A DNA stretch of 64,000 bases from a virus (IMGVR_UViG_3300037780_000050:19899-83898); one strand, 5' to 3'; counted from the first letter of the stretch, positions 17,317-26,145 are shown. Made by a program: numbers and translations. Notes: generated from the letters alone by a model not told the origin.

Positions 17317-17642
17317 TGCCGGTCGATGAGTGGATCCAGGGGGCCGGGGTAGCCTTCGCCGCTGCCGTCGCTCTCATCACGGCAGTGAGACAGTACCGGG
17401 CCGAGAAGCACCGGAACCGGCTGGAGGAGTGGACGGGGCGGGAGTCCATCATCGACGCCCGTATCAACGCCCACCTCGAAAGGCTGGATGAAGAAGTGCG
17501 AGAGCTGCGTGAGCGCAATCAGGAGTTGGAGGAGAAGGTGCAGATCTTGGCCGAACAGCTCGCCGCTGCCGTGAAGTACATCCGCGAGAACGATTTGGAT
17601 TGGCCACCCCCAAGGATTCCAGGGACGGGGCCAGTCTCTTAG
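17316..17642 (+). CDS. N-terminal TM plus coiled-coil membrane protein (lysis accessory)
   Basis: TGATG coupling; one TM, long heptad repeat, WPPP tail. Confidence 0.6.
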   Translation: MPVDEWIQGAGVAFAAAVALITAVRQYRAEKHRNRLEEWTGRESIIDARINAHLERLDEEVRELRERNQELEEKVQILAEQLAAAVKYIRENDLDWPPPRIPGTGPVS

Positions 17643-17703
17643 GTCAGGTACGGTATGAGGCGACGGTCTGCCGATGTAGTAGGTGTCGCACCGAGGAGGA
17701 TGA

Positions 17704-17976
17704 ATGCCCGCCAAGAAGAAGACCGACGAGCCCGAGGTCGAGAAGCCCGAGGTCGAGAAGCCCGAGGTCGAGAAGCCCGAGGCCGAGAAGCCCGAGGCCG
17801 AGAAGCCCGAGGTCGAGAAGCCCGAGGCCGAGGCTTCGACCGCTTCGAGTGGTGATCTTGCCGACCATCCCAAGGCCAAGATGGTGGTCGATGTCGAGCC
17901 TGCTGGAGATGATCCCTACGCAGGCGATCTCTCCAAGAACCCCAAGTCCAAGCCAGGATGGCAGGAGGAATCATGA
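17704..17976 (+). CDS. acidic repeat protein (PE[V/A]EK repeats)
   Basis: GAGGAGG RBS; couples by ATGA into the holin. Confidence 0.65.
   Translation: MPAKKKTDEPEVEKPEVEKPEVEKPEAEKPEAEKPEVEKPEAEASTASSGDLADHPKAKMVVDVEPAGDDPYAGDLSKNPKSKPGWQEES
17731..17832 (+). repeat. 15-bp tandem repeat CCCGAGG(T/C)CGAGAAG, six full units plus a partial unit
   Basis: Units start at 17731, 17746, 17761, 17776, 17791, 17806 and 17821. Confidence 0.95.
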
Positions 17977-18206
17977 TCGGTGAACAGTTCCACGCACTGG
18001 CGATCGCGGTCATCCGCACGATCGTTCCCGCCATTGTCGGCTGGTTGGTCGTCGCCTTCGGCATCGACCCCGAGTCGTCCGAGGCATTCCTCACCATGCT
18101 GATCACGGCCGCGTACTACACGGGCGTGCGGCTGCTCGCCGAGTTCATTCCTCAGGCTGGGTGGCTGCTCTTGGTGAACAAGGCGCCCCGCTACGACAAA
18201 GGCTGA
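17973..18206 (+). CDS. holin, actinophage type
   Basis: IRTIVPAIVGWL, YYTGVRLL and GWLL..KAPRY pattern; two TM segments. Confidence 0.75.
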   Translation: MIGEQFHALAIAVIRTIVPAIVGWLVVAFGIDPESSEAFLTMLITAAYYTGVRLLAEFIPQAGWLLLVNKAPRYDKG

Positions 18207-18210
18207 CTGA

Positions 18211-18555
18211 GTGCTCGATCAAGCACTCGCCGACTTCCGGCAAGACCCCCAGTATCTGGAGGTTGCGCTCAAGTCGGTTCGGTTGACGAAGCGCAAACGT
18301 CGTTCGCTGGTGGTCCGCACCGCGGCTGTTCGCATCACCGAAACAGCCCGGGAGCGGTGCCAGCGAACGGTGTGTGACGTGGCGGGGCCGTGTGGGGTCG
18401 GGGCGTGTCCCTACGCCCAGGGAATGCTCCAGGCCATCAGGCTGGCCCCTACAGAGGGCACAGAGCGCCGTCCCGAGGGGGTGGAGAGTCCCTACCCCAC
18501 CTTCGATCTCGACCAGTTGGTCACCGTGTTGCGGGAGATGCTGCCACATACGTAG
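18211..18555 (+). CDS. hypothetical protein
   Basis: Fills the gap; Cys cluster; weak start. Confidence 0.4.
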   Translation: MLDQALADFRQDPQYLEVALKSVRLTKRKRRSLVVRTAAVRITETARERCQRTVCDVAGPCGVGACPYAQGMLQAIRLAPTEGTERRPEGVESPYPTFDLDQLVTVLREMLPHT

Positions 18556-18590
18556 TCTGGTGAGAATGTGGTCGAGGCGGTATCAGTGAC

Positions 18591-20204
18591 ATGGATACTG
18601 TCTCCGATCTCCTCAGCGATACCCCCCGACGCGAGGCCGCTGCGTGGCGAGTCCACGAGGCATACGACATCGAGCTTCCCCGACTCGCTCTGTGGAACTA
18701 CGAGCCGTGTGGCCGTCACGCTCATGAGGAGCATCCCCGCCCCGACTGCATGATGTGTGGGGTCGAGTTCCGCCGCCACCAGAGGGTGGGGATCTCGTGG
18801 CTGTACCTCAAGCAGCGAGCGCTGCTCGCCGACTCGGTGGGTACGGGCAAGACCATCCACGCAGCAGGTCTGATGGCGTTGCTCATGGAGAAGGGCAAGC
18901 TCCACCGACGCCAGCGTGCGCTGGTGGTCACCCGCCCGGCCGCGCTGGGTCAATGGGAGCGCCAGCTCAAACGCATGGTGCCATCCATGAAGGTCATCGT
19001 GTCCACTGGTGATGCCCGAGACCGCCAGATCCGCTACTCGCTGGATTGGGAGGTCTGTCTCATCGGCTACCAGATGCTCCAGCGAGACATCGACACGGTG
19101 ATGACCTACCCTCTCGACACGCTCATCGTGGACGACGTGGACGCGCTGAGGAACCGGACCAACAAGACCGCCCGCAACCTCAAGCGGGTGGCCTCGGTGT
19201 GCGACTACCGAGTCATCATGACCGGCACCCCGCTCCAGAAGAAGCTCCACGAGATGCACAGCGTCACCGAGCCCATCGGTGGGCGGGAGATCTTCGGCAG
19301 CGAGAAGGCGTTCATGGATCGCTACACGCGCCGGGAACGGCAGATCTACTGGCGAGGGCGGCGCAAGATCGTTACCCAGAAGGTCGTGGGCTACAAGCAC
19401 GTGGACGAGTTCAAGGAGAAGATCGCTCCCCTCGCACTGCGCCGCACGGCTGTGGACATCGATGACGTGGACCTTCCCGCCATATCACCCCAGACGGTGT
19501 GGCTGGAGCTGACAGCGCCGCAGCGAGAGGCGTACGACGAGCTTCGGGAGGGAGTGCTGCGCATCCGTCGGGAGACCGGCGACGACGTGAAGCACGCCGC
19601 GGCGCTCGCGCAGATGCTCTACGGCGCCAGGATCTGTTCCGGTATCGGTGCGCTCGATCCCACGCTGGACTCCCCCACCAACAGCTCCAAGATGGAGTGG
19701 GTGATGGACGTGCTCCAGGGTGATCTCTCCGACGAGAAGGTGGTGCTGTTCGCCAACTTCACCGACACCATCAAGTGCCTGCACCGACGCTTCGCCGAGG
19801 CGGGTATCGAGCAAGTCACCATCTGGGGACCAGAGAACAACCGACGAATCCGCGACGAGCGCATCGCCAGATTCTGGGACGACCCTGAGTGCAAGGTGTT
19901 GATCGGTACGTCGAGCATCGAGCAGTCCCTCAACTTGCAGGTGTCCAGGCATATGATCTGCATGGATACTCTGCTCAACCCCGCGCGCATGGAGCAGTTG
20001 GCGGGGAGGCTCCGGCGTGACGGGAGTCGGTACGGTACGGTGTACGTGCACAACCTTCGGTGCTTGGACACGCAGGAGGAGGGCTACGACAGCCTTCTGG
20101 AGCGCGAGCAGGCATTGATCGATCACGTGTGGGATGAGGAATCGGAGCTGTTCGAGGCACTCACCCCGCTCCAGTTGCTACAGCTCATCGGAGGGCGTCA
20201 ATGA
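18591..20204 (+). CDS. SNF2-like SF2 helicase
   Basis: LLADSVGTGKT, IVDDVD, MTGTPLQ, KVVLF, SLNLQ, EQLAGRLRR. Confidence 0.9.
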   Translation: MDTVSDLLSDTPRREAAAWRVHEAYDIELPRLALWNYEPCGRHAHEEHPRPDCMMCGVEFRRHQRVGISWLYLKQRALLADSVGTGKTIHAAGLMALLMEKGKLHRRQRALVVTRPAALGQWERQLKRMVPSMKVIVSTGDARDRQIRYSLDWEVCLIGYQMLQRDIDTVMTYPLDTLIVDDVDALRNRTNKTARNLKRVASVCDYRVIMTGTPLQKKLHEMHSVTEPIGGREIFGSEKAFMDRYTRRERQIYWRGRRKIVTQKVVGYKHVDEFKEKIAPLALRRTAVDIDDVDLPAISPQTVWLELTAPQREAYDELREGVLRIRRETGDDVKHAAALAQMLYGARICSGIGALDPTLDSPTNSSKMEWVMDVLQGDLSDEKVVLFANFTDTIKCLHRRFAEAGIEQVTIWGPENNRRIRDERIARFWDDPECKVLIGTSSIEQSLNLQVSRHMICMDTLLNPARMEQLAGRLRRDGSRYGTVYVHNLRCLDTQEEGYDSLLEREQALIDHVWDEESELFEALTPLQLLQLIGGRQ

Positions 20205-20542
20205 CCGATCTACTGCCAGACGACCAGTGGGATGAGGGCGCGTTCCCTCAGTACCCCGACGGCGCGGTGCGGGTGTCACGAACAGCGCTCAGCGACCCCG
20301 ACACCTACACACGTCTGGCACTGCTGATCAAGGAGAAGGGTCCGCAGGAGGTGGAGATCAAGTTCACGCCCAGCGGGCGTCCGGTGTGGCTGCCCGAGGG
20401 CGCGGTGTTCACATCGACGCTCGTGCAAGTCAACCGTCAGACGTTCCGTCTCTCTCAGGAGGGGCGCAACCATCCAGTCGACTATTGGTGGGAGGAGGTC
20501 GAATGGATGAAGGTCGGCTCAGCGCTTCCCAGCGTGATCTGA
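20201..20542 (+). CDS. hypothetical protein
   Basis: ATGA-coupled, 113 aa. Confidence 0.55.
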   Translation: MTDLLPDDQWDEGAFPQYPDGAVRVSRTALSDPDTYTRLALLIKEKGPQEVEIKFTPSGRPVWLPEGAVFTSTLVQVNRQTFRLSQEGRNHPVDYWWEEVEWMKVGSALPSVI

Positions 20543-21300
20543 TCACAGAGCACTACAGCTACGCCACCGCGCTGGCTATGCGCCAGCTCTCCCGAGCGCC
20601 ATCTCACGCAGATCGTGAGGAGATCATTTCCTGCGCGTATCTTGGGCTTGTGCAGGCGGTGCAGCGCTGGCCCCACTACTGCGCTGAGAGAGGGTTCTGC
20701 GAGCGTCAGGGCATCGAGCAGGGCTACTTCCGCACCTACATCACCCGACGCATCAACGGCGCGGTGCTCGACCACATGCGGGATCAAGACTGGGTGCGTC
20801 GGTCGAGCAGGAGTCTGCTCAAGCGTCACGGCGGTCCTGGGGTCTCTGACGAGGAGATCGCCGAGCGCAGTGGATCCTCAGTTGCGCAGGTGCGAGCTGC
20901 TCGCGCCGAGGTGGCGCTCAGTCCGATCAGTTTGGATCTGCGCACCGGCTCCGAGGAGGATGCCGGGTGGAGCCCGAGTACTCCCGAGCGTGCCGACATT
21001 CTGACCATGGATGAGGACGACGTGGAGTCGCTGGTCGAGCTGCGCACCGTGTTGGAGGTCTTCTCCAACTGTGTGGACCAGCTCGACCCCATCGAGCAGG
21101 CCGTGTTCATCATGCGGGTGTGGATGCAGATGGACGTGCGAGAGGTCGGTGCCGAGCTGGGCATCCGCCCCGCCCAAGTCAGTGTGATCTACTCGCAGGT
21201 GTGCGAGCAGATCAGTACCGAGGTACTCGCCGAGATGATGGTCACCGGGTTCGAGAAGTCCGGCCGCATCGCCGATCATCTACAAGCCGCAGTCGCATGA
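20503..21300 (+). CDS. sigma-70 family sigma factor, FliA/WhiG-like
   Basis: GGAGGAGG RBS; EIISCAYLGLVQAV, FRTYITRRINGAVLDHMRDQDWVRRS, PISLD, region-4 HTH EVGAELGI. Confidence 0.85.
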   Translation: MDEGRLSASQRDLITEHYSYATALAMRQLSRAPSHADREEIISCAYLGLVQAVQRWPHYCAERGFCERQGIEQGYFRTYITRRINGAVLDHMRDQDWVRRSSRSLLKRHGGPGVSDEEIAERSGSSVAQVRAARAEVALSPISLDLRTGSEEDAGWSPSTPERADILTMDEDDVESLVELRTVLEVFSNCVDQLDPIEQAVFIMRVWMQMDVREVGAELGIRPAQVSVIYSQVCEQISTEVLAEMMVTGFEKSGRIADHLQAAVA

Positions 21301-21449
21301 ACGGTCCAAGGGCATGTTCCCGTCCCGATTGTCCTGCTACTCCCTATGTTCTAGGTCGGGAGGGGGAGTGGTGTGAGGAGTGTCCCGTGTGTGGTGGCGT
21401 CGTTCTGCGCTTGCAGAGAACAAGCATCAAGCCCCGGGAGGGTTCGTGA
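21297..21449 (+). CDS. small Zn-ribbon protein
   Basis: ATGA/GTGA coupling at both ends; CxxxxC and CxxCPVC. Confidence 0.45.
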   Translation: MNGPRACSRPDCPATPYVLGREGEWCEECPVCGGVVLRLQRTSIKPREGS

Positions 21450-21769
21450 TTCCAGCCAACCAGATGCTCGATGAGCACCGCCGAGAACGACTGATCAAGG
21501 ACTTCACCCTGATCCGTGCGGCCACCGCTGAGCTACAGCGCGACGAGTGGACGAGGACCAAGACCGAGTGGATCAACCGGGTCAGGCTCAAGCTCGATGC
21601 CGTGAACGAGGCCGACGACTCTGATCTGGAGGCAGGGTATCGGGCGTGGATGATGCTCGCTGCCGAGGCAGCAGGTGCCGCAGAGGCGCTGATGGCCGAG
21701 TCCGATGGCGTCGTGAACTTCATCTTCGACGTGCCCGACGCTCAGCGTTTGACCCTACGACAGCTCTGA
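21446..21769 (+). CDS. hypothetical helical protein
   Basis: GTGA-coupled; phage-like codon usage. Confidence 0.55.
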   Translation: MIPANQMLDEHRRERLIKDFTLIRAATAELQRDEWTRTKTEWINRVRLKLDAVNEADDSDLEAGYRAWMMLAAEAAGAAEALMAESDGVVNFIFDVPDAQRLTLRQL

Positions 21770-21940
21770 TCGCGACCTATCTGGCAAGATTCGGGTCGGG
21801 CCGGTAGCTAACACGAAGTCTTCCGCCATCTGCACCCCCCAGAGAAGACAGGGGAGAGGGCACCAGTAACGATCTGGTGAGAAAACGGCGCAGCCGGTAG
21901 GAAGCCCGAGAAGAAGCTGGTCTGATCAGGAGCGAGTCCG

Positions 21941-22117
21941 ATGGCACGAACGTACCGATCCCGCCCCCACTGGGAGTGGGCCGCGCAGCGGCTGGAGCCG
22001 TGGCAGCGGTGTCGAGATGTGCGGGCGTGCGGGTGCTGCTCGCCGAAGCAGGTGCGCCGCAGGGCGCCACTCCCTGAGCGCATGAAGCCGAGCGACCGCC
22101 GCAGGGCGGCATCATGA
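21941..22117 (+). CDS. small basic protein, first cassette of the array
   Basis: AGGAG RBS; 58 aa; ends in a TCATGA junction. Confidence 0.45.
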   Translation: MARTYRSRPHWEWAAQRLEPWQRCRDVRACGCCSPKQVRRRAPLPERMKPSDRRRAAS

Positions 22118-22278
22118 GCGAGACACCACATCTCAGGCATATCCACGAACTGCCGCCACACCGCATCATCGAGATCGAGCCGTCCCCGGCACGGGGCATC
22201 GTGGTCGGGATGGCGCTGGCTGCGGTCGCCTGGGGCGGGCTCTACGCCCTGGTCCGCCGCCTCGGTGGTGGGTCATGA
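22114..22278 (+). CDS. small membrane protein (cassette)
   Basis: 54 aa, one TM; TCATGA junction at both ends. Confidence 0.5.
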   Translation: MSETPHLRHIHELPPHRIIEIEPSPARGIVVGMALAAVAWGGLYALVRRLGGGS

Positions 22279-22538
22279 GCGACCGCACGGTTCACGCATA
22301 CACCGACGAGTGGGAGATCGTCCGCTACGACCGTGCCGGTAAGTGGTACGCCGAATGGGTCGGCATCGAGGCTCATCCGGTGTTCGTTGTCGGAACTGAC
22401 CACCGCACGTTCGTTAACTCTCAAGGCCGAGCGCCGTTGACCGTTTCAACGGCGGCCATGTGCGCCAAACGACTCGAAGCCACAATCAACTATGAGCGTC
22501 CCGGTGGGCGCACGTTCGATCGGCTGGTGGCGTCATGA
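22275..22538 (+). CDS. hypothetical protein (cassette)
   Basis: 87 aa; TCATGA junctions. Confidence 0.6.
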   Translation: MSDRTVHAYTDEWEIVRYDRAGKWYAEWVGIEAHPVFVVGTDHRTFVNSQGRAPLTVSTAAMCAKRLEATINYERPGGRTFDRLVAS

Positions 22539-22792
22539 CCGACACGCCGCACACCGTCGAAGAACTTTCTGACCGGCTGCGCGACATCGCTCACGCCATG
22601 AACGACGAGCTGCTGCCGCACAAAGCGTTCACCCTGTTCAAAGCCGCCGACCGCATCGAGGCGCAGGCCAAAGAGATCGCACGCCTCCACTACTTCTTGC
22701 GCGTCATCGACGAAGCCGCCAACGGCATCCGATCGGAGACCGCAATCGCGCTCCGACCCCAACACCTCACCGCCGAGGACGGCACATCATGA
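22535..22792 (+). CDS. AADRIE-motif coiled-coil protein (cassette)
   Basis: 85 aa; shared AADRIE core; ends EDGTS. Confidence 0.65.
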   Translation: MTDTPHTVEELSDRLRDIAHAMNDELLPHKAFTLFKAADRIEAQAKEIARLHYFLRVIDEAANGIRSETAIALRPQHLTAEDGTS

Positions 22793-23022
22793 GCGACGAC
22801 TTGACCGAACGGCTGCGGAACCCGGCTATCGCCACCAACCTCACCCGCCGAGCAGCCGACCGCATCGAGACACAAGACGCCCGCATCGAGGAGTTGGAAG
22901 CCGAGGCCTACCGGCTGAAGGGATGGCTGCGGCTGATCCGTAAGGCCATTTCCTCGCTCGGAGTGTTGCCGACATCGGCACTCGACGGGATCTCAGCCCC
23001 GCCCGAGGACGGTGGGTCATGA
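22789..23022 (+). CDS. AADRIE-motif coiled-coil protein (cassette)
   Basis: Begins MSDDLTERLR, contains AADRIE, ends EDGGS. Confidence 0.65.
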   Translation: MSDDLTERLRNPAIATNLTRRAADRIETQDARIEELEAEAYRLKGWLRLIRKAISSLGVLPTSALDGISAPPEDGGS

Positions 23023-23267
23023 GCGACGACTTGACCGCACGGTTGCGGGAAGCCTCCCGACTGGCTGGGTTGCGAGGCGATGACAGCAGTGAGCTATGCG
23101 ACGCCGCCGACCGCATCGAGGAGTTGGAAGCCGAGGTGGAGCGCCTACGTACTGGGTTTCTGGGTGTTCTGCATCACGGCACTGGAAAGCCGCCCCGCCA
23201 GTTCACCTGCATGTCAAGCCCGAAAGCGATAGCCGAGTTCATGCTCATGGAGGACGGTGCGTCATGA
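23019..23267 (+). CDS. AADRIE-motif coiled-coil protein (cassette)
   Basis: Begins MSDDLTARLR, contains AADRIE, ends EDGAS. Confidence 0.65.
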   Translation: MSDDLTARLREASRLAGLRGDDSSELCDAADRIEELEAEVERLRTGFLGVLHHGTGKPPRQFTCMSSPKAIAEFMLMEDGAS

Positions 23268-23533
23268 GCGACGACCTGAGATGGCTGCATGAGTGGTGGA
23301 GCAGTTTCACCGATGCCGACAAGTTGGCCTTCGTGCGGACCATCGGGCGCTGGCCGAGTCCTTCCTCGGTCGCTGTGAAGTGGGCAGCCGACCGCATCGA
23401 GGCGCAAGACGCCCGCATCGCCGAGCTGGAGGCCGAGCGGGCTGATTACCGAGGGATGGTCGACCCCGAGGACGGCACGCAGTGCGATGACGACTTGCAC
23501 CACATCAGCGGGCGAGAGGGCGACCCGTCATGA
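23264..23533 (+). CDS. AADRIE-motif coiled-coil protein (cassette)
   Basis: Begins MSDDLR, contains AADRIEAQDARIAELE. Confidence 0.65.
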   Translation: MSDDLRWLHEWWSSFTDADKLAFVRTIGRWPSPSSVAVKWAADRIEAQDARIAELEAERADYRGMVDPEDGTQCDDDLHHISGREGDPS

Positions 23534-23645
23534 GTCAGGTGGTTGGCCCGCAGGGCCGATACCTGACGGGTGGAACCAATCCCCGACATGGTGGCGTTCT
23601 TGAGTAGGGTTGCTGCATCGCTACGAGCCGAGATGGAGGCCACAG

Positions 23646-23861
23646 ATGGCGAAGCCGGAGGGCGAGATCACGATCAGCGTGAACATCGAGGGAGTCGAGT
23701 CGGCCATCGCGTCGCTCAACGAAGTCAGGGACATGGTGGGCCAGTTGCGGTCGGAGATCCGAGCGGTGAGCGCCGAGGCGAACACCGCAATCGCCGAAGT
23801 GGCCAAGATGCGGGCTGCGGTGGCCGCGGCCCGAGACGTGCCGGGAGGGGCCAGTGAGTGA
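23646..23861 (+). CDS. coiled-coil hypothetical protein
   Basis: GGAGG RBS; heptad pattern. Confidence 0.5.
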   Translation: MAKPEGEITISVNIEGVESAIASLNEVRDMVGQLRSEIRAVSAEANTAIAEVAKMRAAVAAARDVPGGASE

Positions 23862-24138
23862 CACCCCGATCACCGAGGATGAGTGGATCCAGTTGCTGGG
23901 CGAAGCCCAGATGGTGGACACCTATGGGTTGTCGAGCCTGTTCGAGGATGATGAGGAGCGGTTCGCTCCCGAGGATGCATCTGATGACGCCGAGCTGAAT
24001 TGGCAGCACCTTCCCGACGACACCAGCGACGACGATCCCCCCGTCAAATCGGGGAGCCTGTCGGGTTCGGTGATGGGGCAGTCGGTGATGGGTGATGCCG
24101 CTGACGAGTATCTGGGTGGAGAGGCCGGGCGGCGATGA
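23854..24138 (+). CDS. acidic hypothetical protein
   Basis: Overlaps both neighbours; 94 aa D/E-rich. Confidence 0.5.
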   Translation: MSDTPITEDEWIQLLGEAQMVDTYGLSSLFEDDEERFAPEDASDDAELNWQHLPDDTSDDDPPVKSGSLSGSVMGQSVMGDAADEYLGGEAGRR

Positions 24139-25022
24139 GCAGATGGCCGACCAACCCACGTGACGTGTTCAGGGCGCCGAAGTTCAACTGGCGTCGCTAC
24201 CTCCAGCTTCATCTGGTCCACAGTGGGGTCAACGTCACCGACCTGCACCCCATCCTGGGGCTTCGGCTCGCCGCGCTGTTCGTGGACTTGACCAACGCCG
24301 GGTTGGCCAGTCTCCAGCCGGGCTACGGCAACTTCCAGATCCTCTCCGGTGTCCGCACTCGCAGCGAGCAGATCTACCTCTACAACCGGATCTGCTTGCA
24401 GCAGGGCCGGTGCGCGTATGTGGCCAACCCCTACATCGCCCGCTCCAGCGGTCCCGACGCCGAGGGCGTGCTGCGCTACGGCTCCAACCACATGGCCCAG
24501 CGCCAGGACGCACGCTGGAGCGAGGCGTGGGGCCGGGACCACTCCCGCAATCCGGTGGAGGTCGGCTACGCCGTGGACTTCCGCAACACCGGGGCGAGTT
24601 GGTCCTCGCTGCACAGCCGACTGGCGCGCTTCGGGTTGGATTGGCCACTCAAGTACGGGGCGGTGGAGGTGTGGCACGTGGAGGCGTTCCCGGACCGTTC
24701 CCCCAGCGACTTGGGGTGGCTGCCCGGACCCTGGCCCCGCCGACCCGGGGTGCACCGCCCGCTCTACGCCGGGCTCCGAGGTGGCGATGTGCGCCGACTC
24801 CAGCGCCAGTTGGGTGTGGACCGCGATGCGGTCTTCGGGCCGGGCACTGCCGAGGCGGTGCGCCGCTGGCAGCGTCAGCTCAACGCCGAGATCATCAAGC
24901 GCCAGCGTCGTAAGCTCGATGTGAATGGGATCTGGGACGCCCGCACGCAGCGGGTGTTCGAGCGTGCCCAGAAGGCTCGGGTGGCTGACGACATCCGCCG
25001 TCGGGTGGTCAAGCGGCTGTGA
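24135..25022 (+). CDS. endolysin-like M15-type Zn peptidase plus peptidoglycan-binding domain
   Basis: SGVRTRSEQIYLY, GSNH, AVD, EVWHVE; GGDVRRLQRQLG and DAVFGPGTAEAVRRWQ (PG_binding-like). Confidence 0.8.
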   Translation: MSRWPTNPRDVFRAPKFNWRRYLQLHLVHSGVNVTDLHPILGLRLAALFVDLTNAGLASLQPGYGNFQILSGVRTRSEQIYLYNRICLQQGRCAYVANPYIARSSGPDAEGVLRYGSNHMAQRQDARWSEAWGRDHSRNPVEVGYAVDFRNTGASWSSLHSRLARFGLDWPLKYGAVEVWHVEAFPDRSPSDLGWLPGPWPRRPGVHRPLYAGLRGGDVRRLQRQLGVDRDAVFGPGTAEAVRRWQRQLNAEIIKRQRRKLDVNGIWDARTQRVFERAQKARVADDIRRRVVKRL

Positions 25023-25080
25023 GTTGTGGGCAGGGCGATGTGGTCTGGCCGGGCGATGTGGTGGGGCGAGGAGGAGAACG

Positions 25081-25362
25081 ATGAGCAGGACCAACGGCCG
25101 CAGGCCAGATGCGGCGAAGCGCCAGCGGCGCCAGATCCCCGATGCGGAGCAGAAGCTGGTGGGGGTGTTCCGGTGCGGGAGCTGCCAGCAGATCTTCAAT
25201 ACCGATCCGAACCAGACGGTGGGTGATGTGGAGACCGAGCTGGAGGAGGACTTCGGGATCACCATGGCCGAGATGGTCGACCGCGACATCGACACGTGGA
25301 TTCTGTGCACGCCGTGCTACAACGCGCTGGCGCCGGAGATCCGAGACGCCAAGCTGATCTAG
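25081..25362 (+). CDS. Zn-binding hypothetical protein
   Basis: GAGGAG RBS; CGSC and CTPC. Confidence 0.55.
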   Translation: MSRTNGRRPDAAKRQRRQIPDAEQKLVGVFRCGSCQQIFNTDPNQTVGDVETELEEDFGITMAEMVDRDIDTWILCTPCYNALAPEIRDAKLI

Positions 25363-25407
25363 CGGGGGTGGGAGGTGTTGCCCGCCCAACACCTCCCACC
25401 CCCGCTA
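25360..25407. terminator. perfect 21-bp inverted repeat with 6-nt loop (terminator or cruciform)
   Basis: TAGCGGGGGTGGGAGGTGTTG-CCCGCC-CAACACCTCCCACCCCCGCTA right at a stop codon; no U-tract. Confidence 0.6.
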
Positions 25408-25439
25408 TCTCTCACATCACCGAGCCCCAGGAGGGTCTG

Positions 25440-25625
25440 ATGAGCAAGAATCAGAAGCTGTGGCTGGCGGTGCTCGCCGCTGCCACCCTCAGCAGCATCA
25501 CCGTGCTCTGGTTGCGGCTGTACGACGTGGTGAGTCCGAACTTCGTCGCTGGGTGGATGCTCTCAGGAGTGGGTCTGGCCGTGGCTGGTTTGCTCGCCGC
25601 AAGCATCATCATGGATGGGTCATGA
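25440..25625 (+). CDS. small two-TM membrane protein
   Basis: GGAGGG RBS; two hydrophobic helices. Confidence 0.6.
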   Translation: MSKNQKLWLAVLAAATLSSITVLWLRLYDVVSPNFVAGWMLSGVGLAVAGLLAASIIMDGS

Positions 25626-25984
25626 CGCAGCTCTCACCACGGGACCGGCTCGATTTCGAGCTGGATGACGCCACCAAGGCCCAGGGCCGTCGCCTCAGAG
25701 ACGCTCTCCAAGCCGCTCTGGACGCCGAGATCGCCGCCACCGCACCCAGATACCAGCCCCCGGCCTACTTGGCCATCATGCGCCATTCCTGTCCCGCTCA
25801 CGGAGATCGCAGCACCGCGCTCCAGCTCATCGAGCGCTACGAGGTGGTGACCGACCCCGAAGCAGGCGACGAGCCCACCGAGTTCGTGTGGATCACCAAG
25901 CGGGGCCGCTGCCGGTCCTGCGGAGCTGAGGCCATCACCCCCGAGGGTGTGTTCGAGTTGGGGTGGAGACGCCCGCCGCGGTGA
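25622..25984 (+). CDS. Zn-binding hypothetical protein
   Basis: ATGA-coupled; HSCPAH and CRSC. Confidence 0.55.
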   Translation: MTQLSPRDRLDFELDDATKAQGRRLRDALQAALDAEIAATAPRYQPPAYLAIMRHSCPAHGDRSTALQLIERYEVVTDPEAGDEPTEFVWITKRGRCRSCGAEAITPEGVFELGWRRPPR

Positions 25985-26050
25985 TCTTGTGGTCGGCCAC
26001 AGGATGAACGAGTCTGGTGAAACCGGGCGGGACCGTGTAGAACAGTGCAC

Positions 26051-26109
26051 CGGGGTGGTGGGGCTCCCATGACAACCTTCGCCCGAGGTGCCTTGGCCCC
26101 ACCACCCCG
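26051..26109. promoter_or_regulatory. 14-bp inverted repeat upstream of the helicase gene
   Basis: CGGGGTGGTGGGGC (26051-64) pairs with GCCCCACCACCCCG (26096-109). Confidence 0.45.
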
Positions 26110-26145
26110 CGACCCTTCCCCCGTCGCCCAGACCCAGCGAGCCCC

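Noticed and set aside
19125-19145. Atypical DDVD Walker B in the SNF2 helicase as a sign of inactivation
   Set aside because: All other motifs are intact and a D-for-E substitution alone is weak evidence.
21798-21870. GGGCCGGTAGCT resembling a tRNA 5' end
   Set aside because: No T-arm (GTTCRA), anticodon arm or matching acceptor stem downstream.
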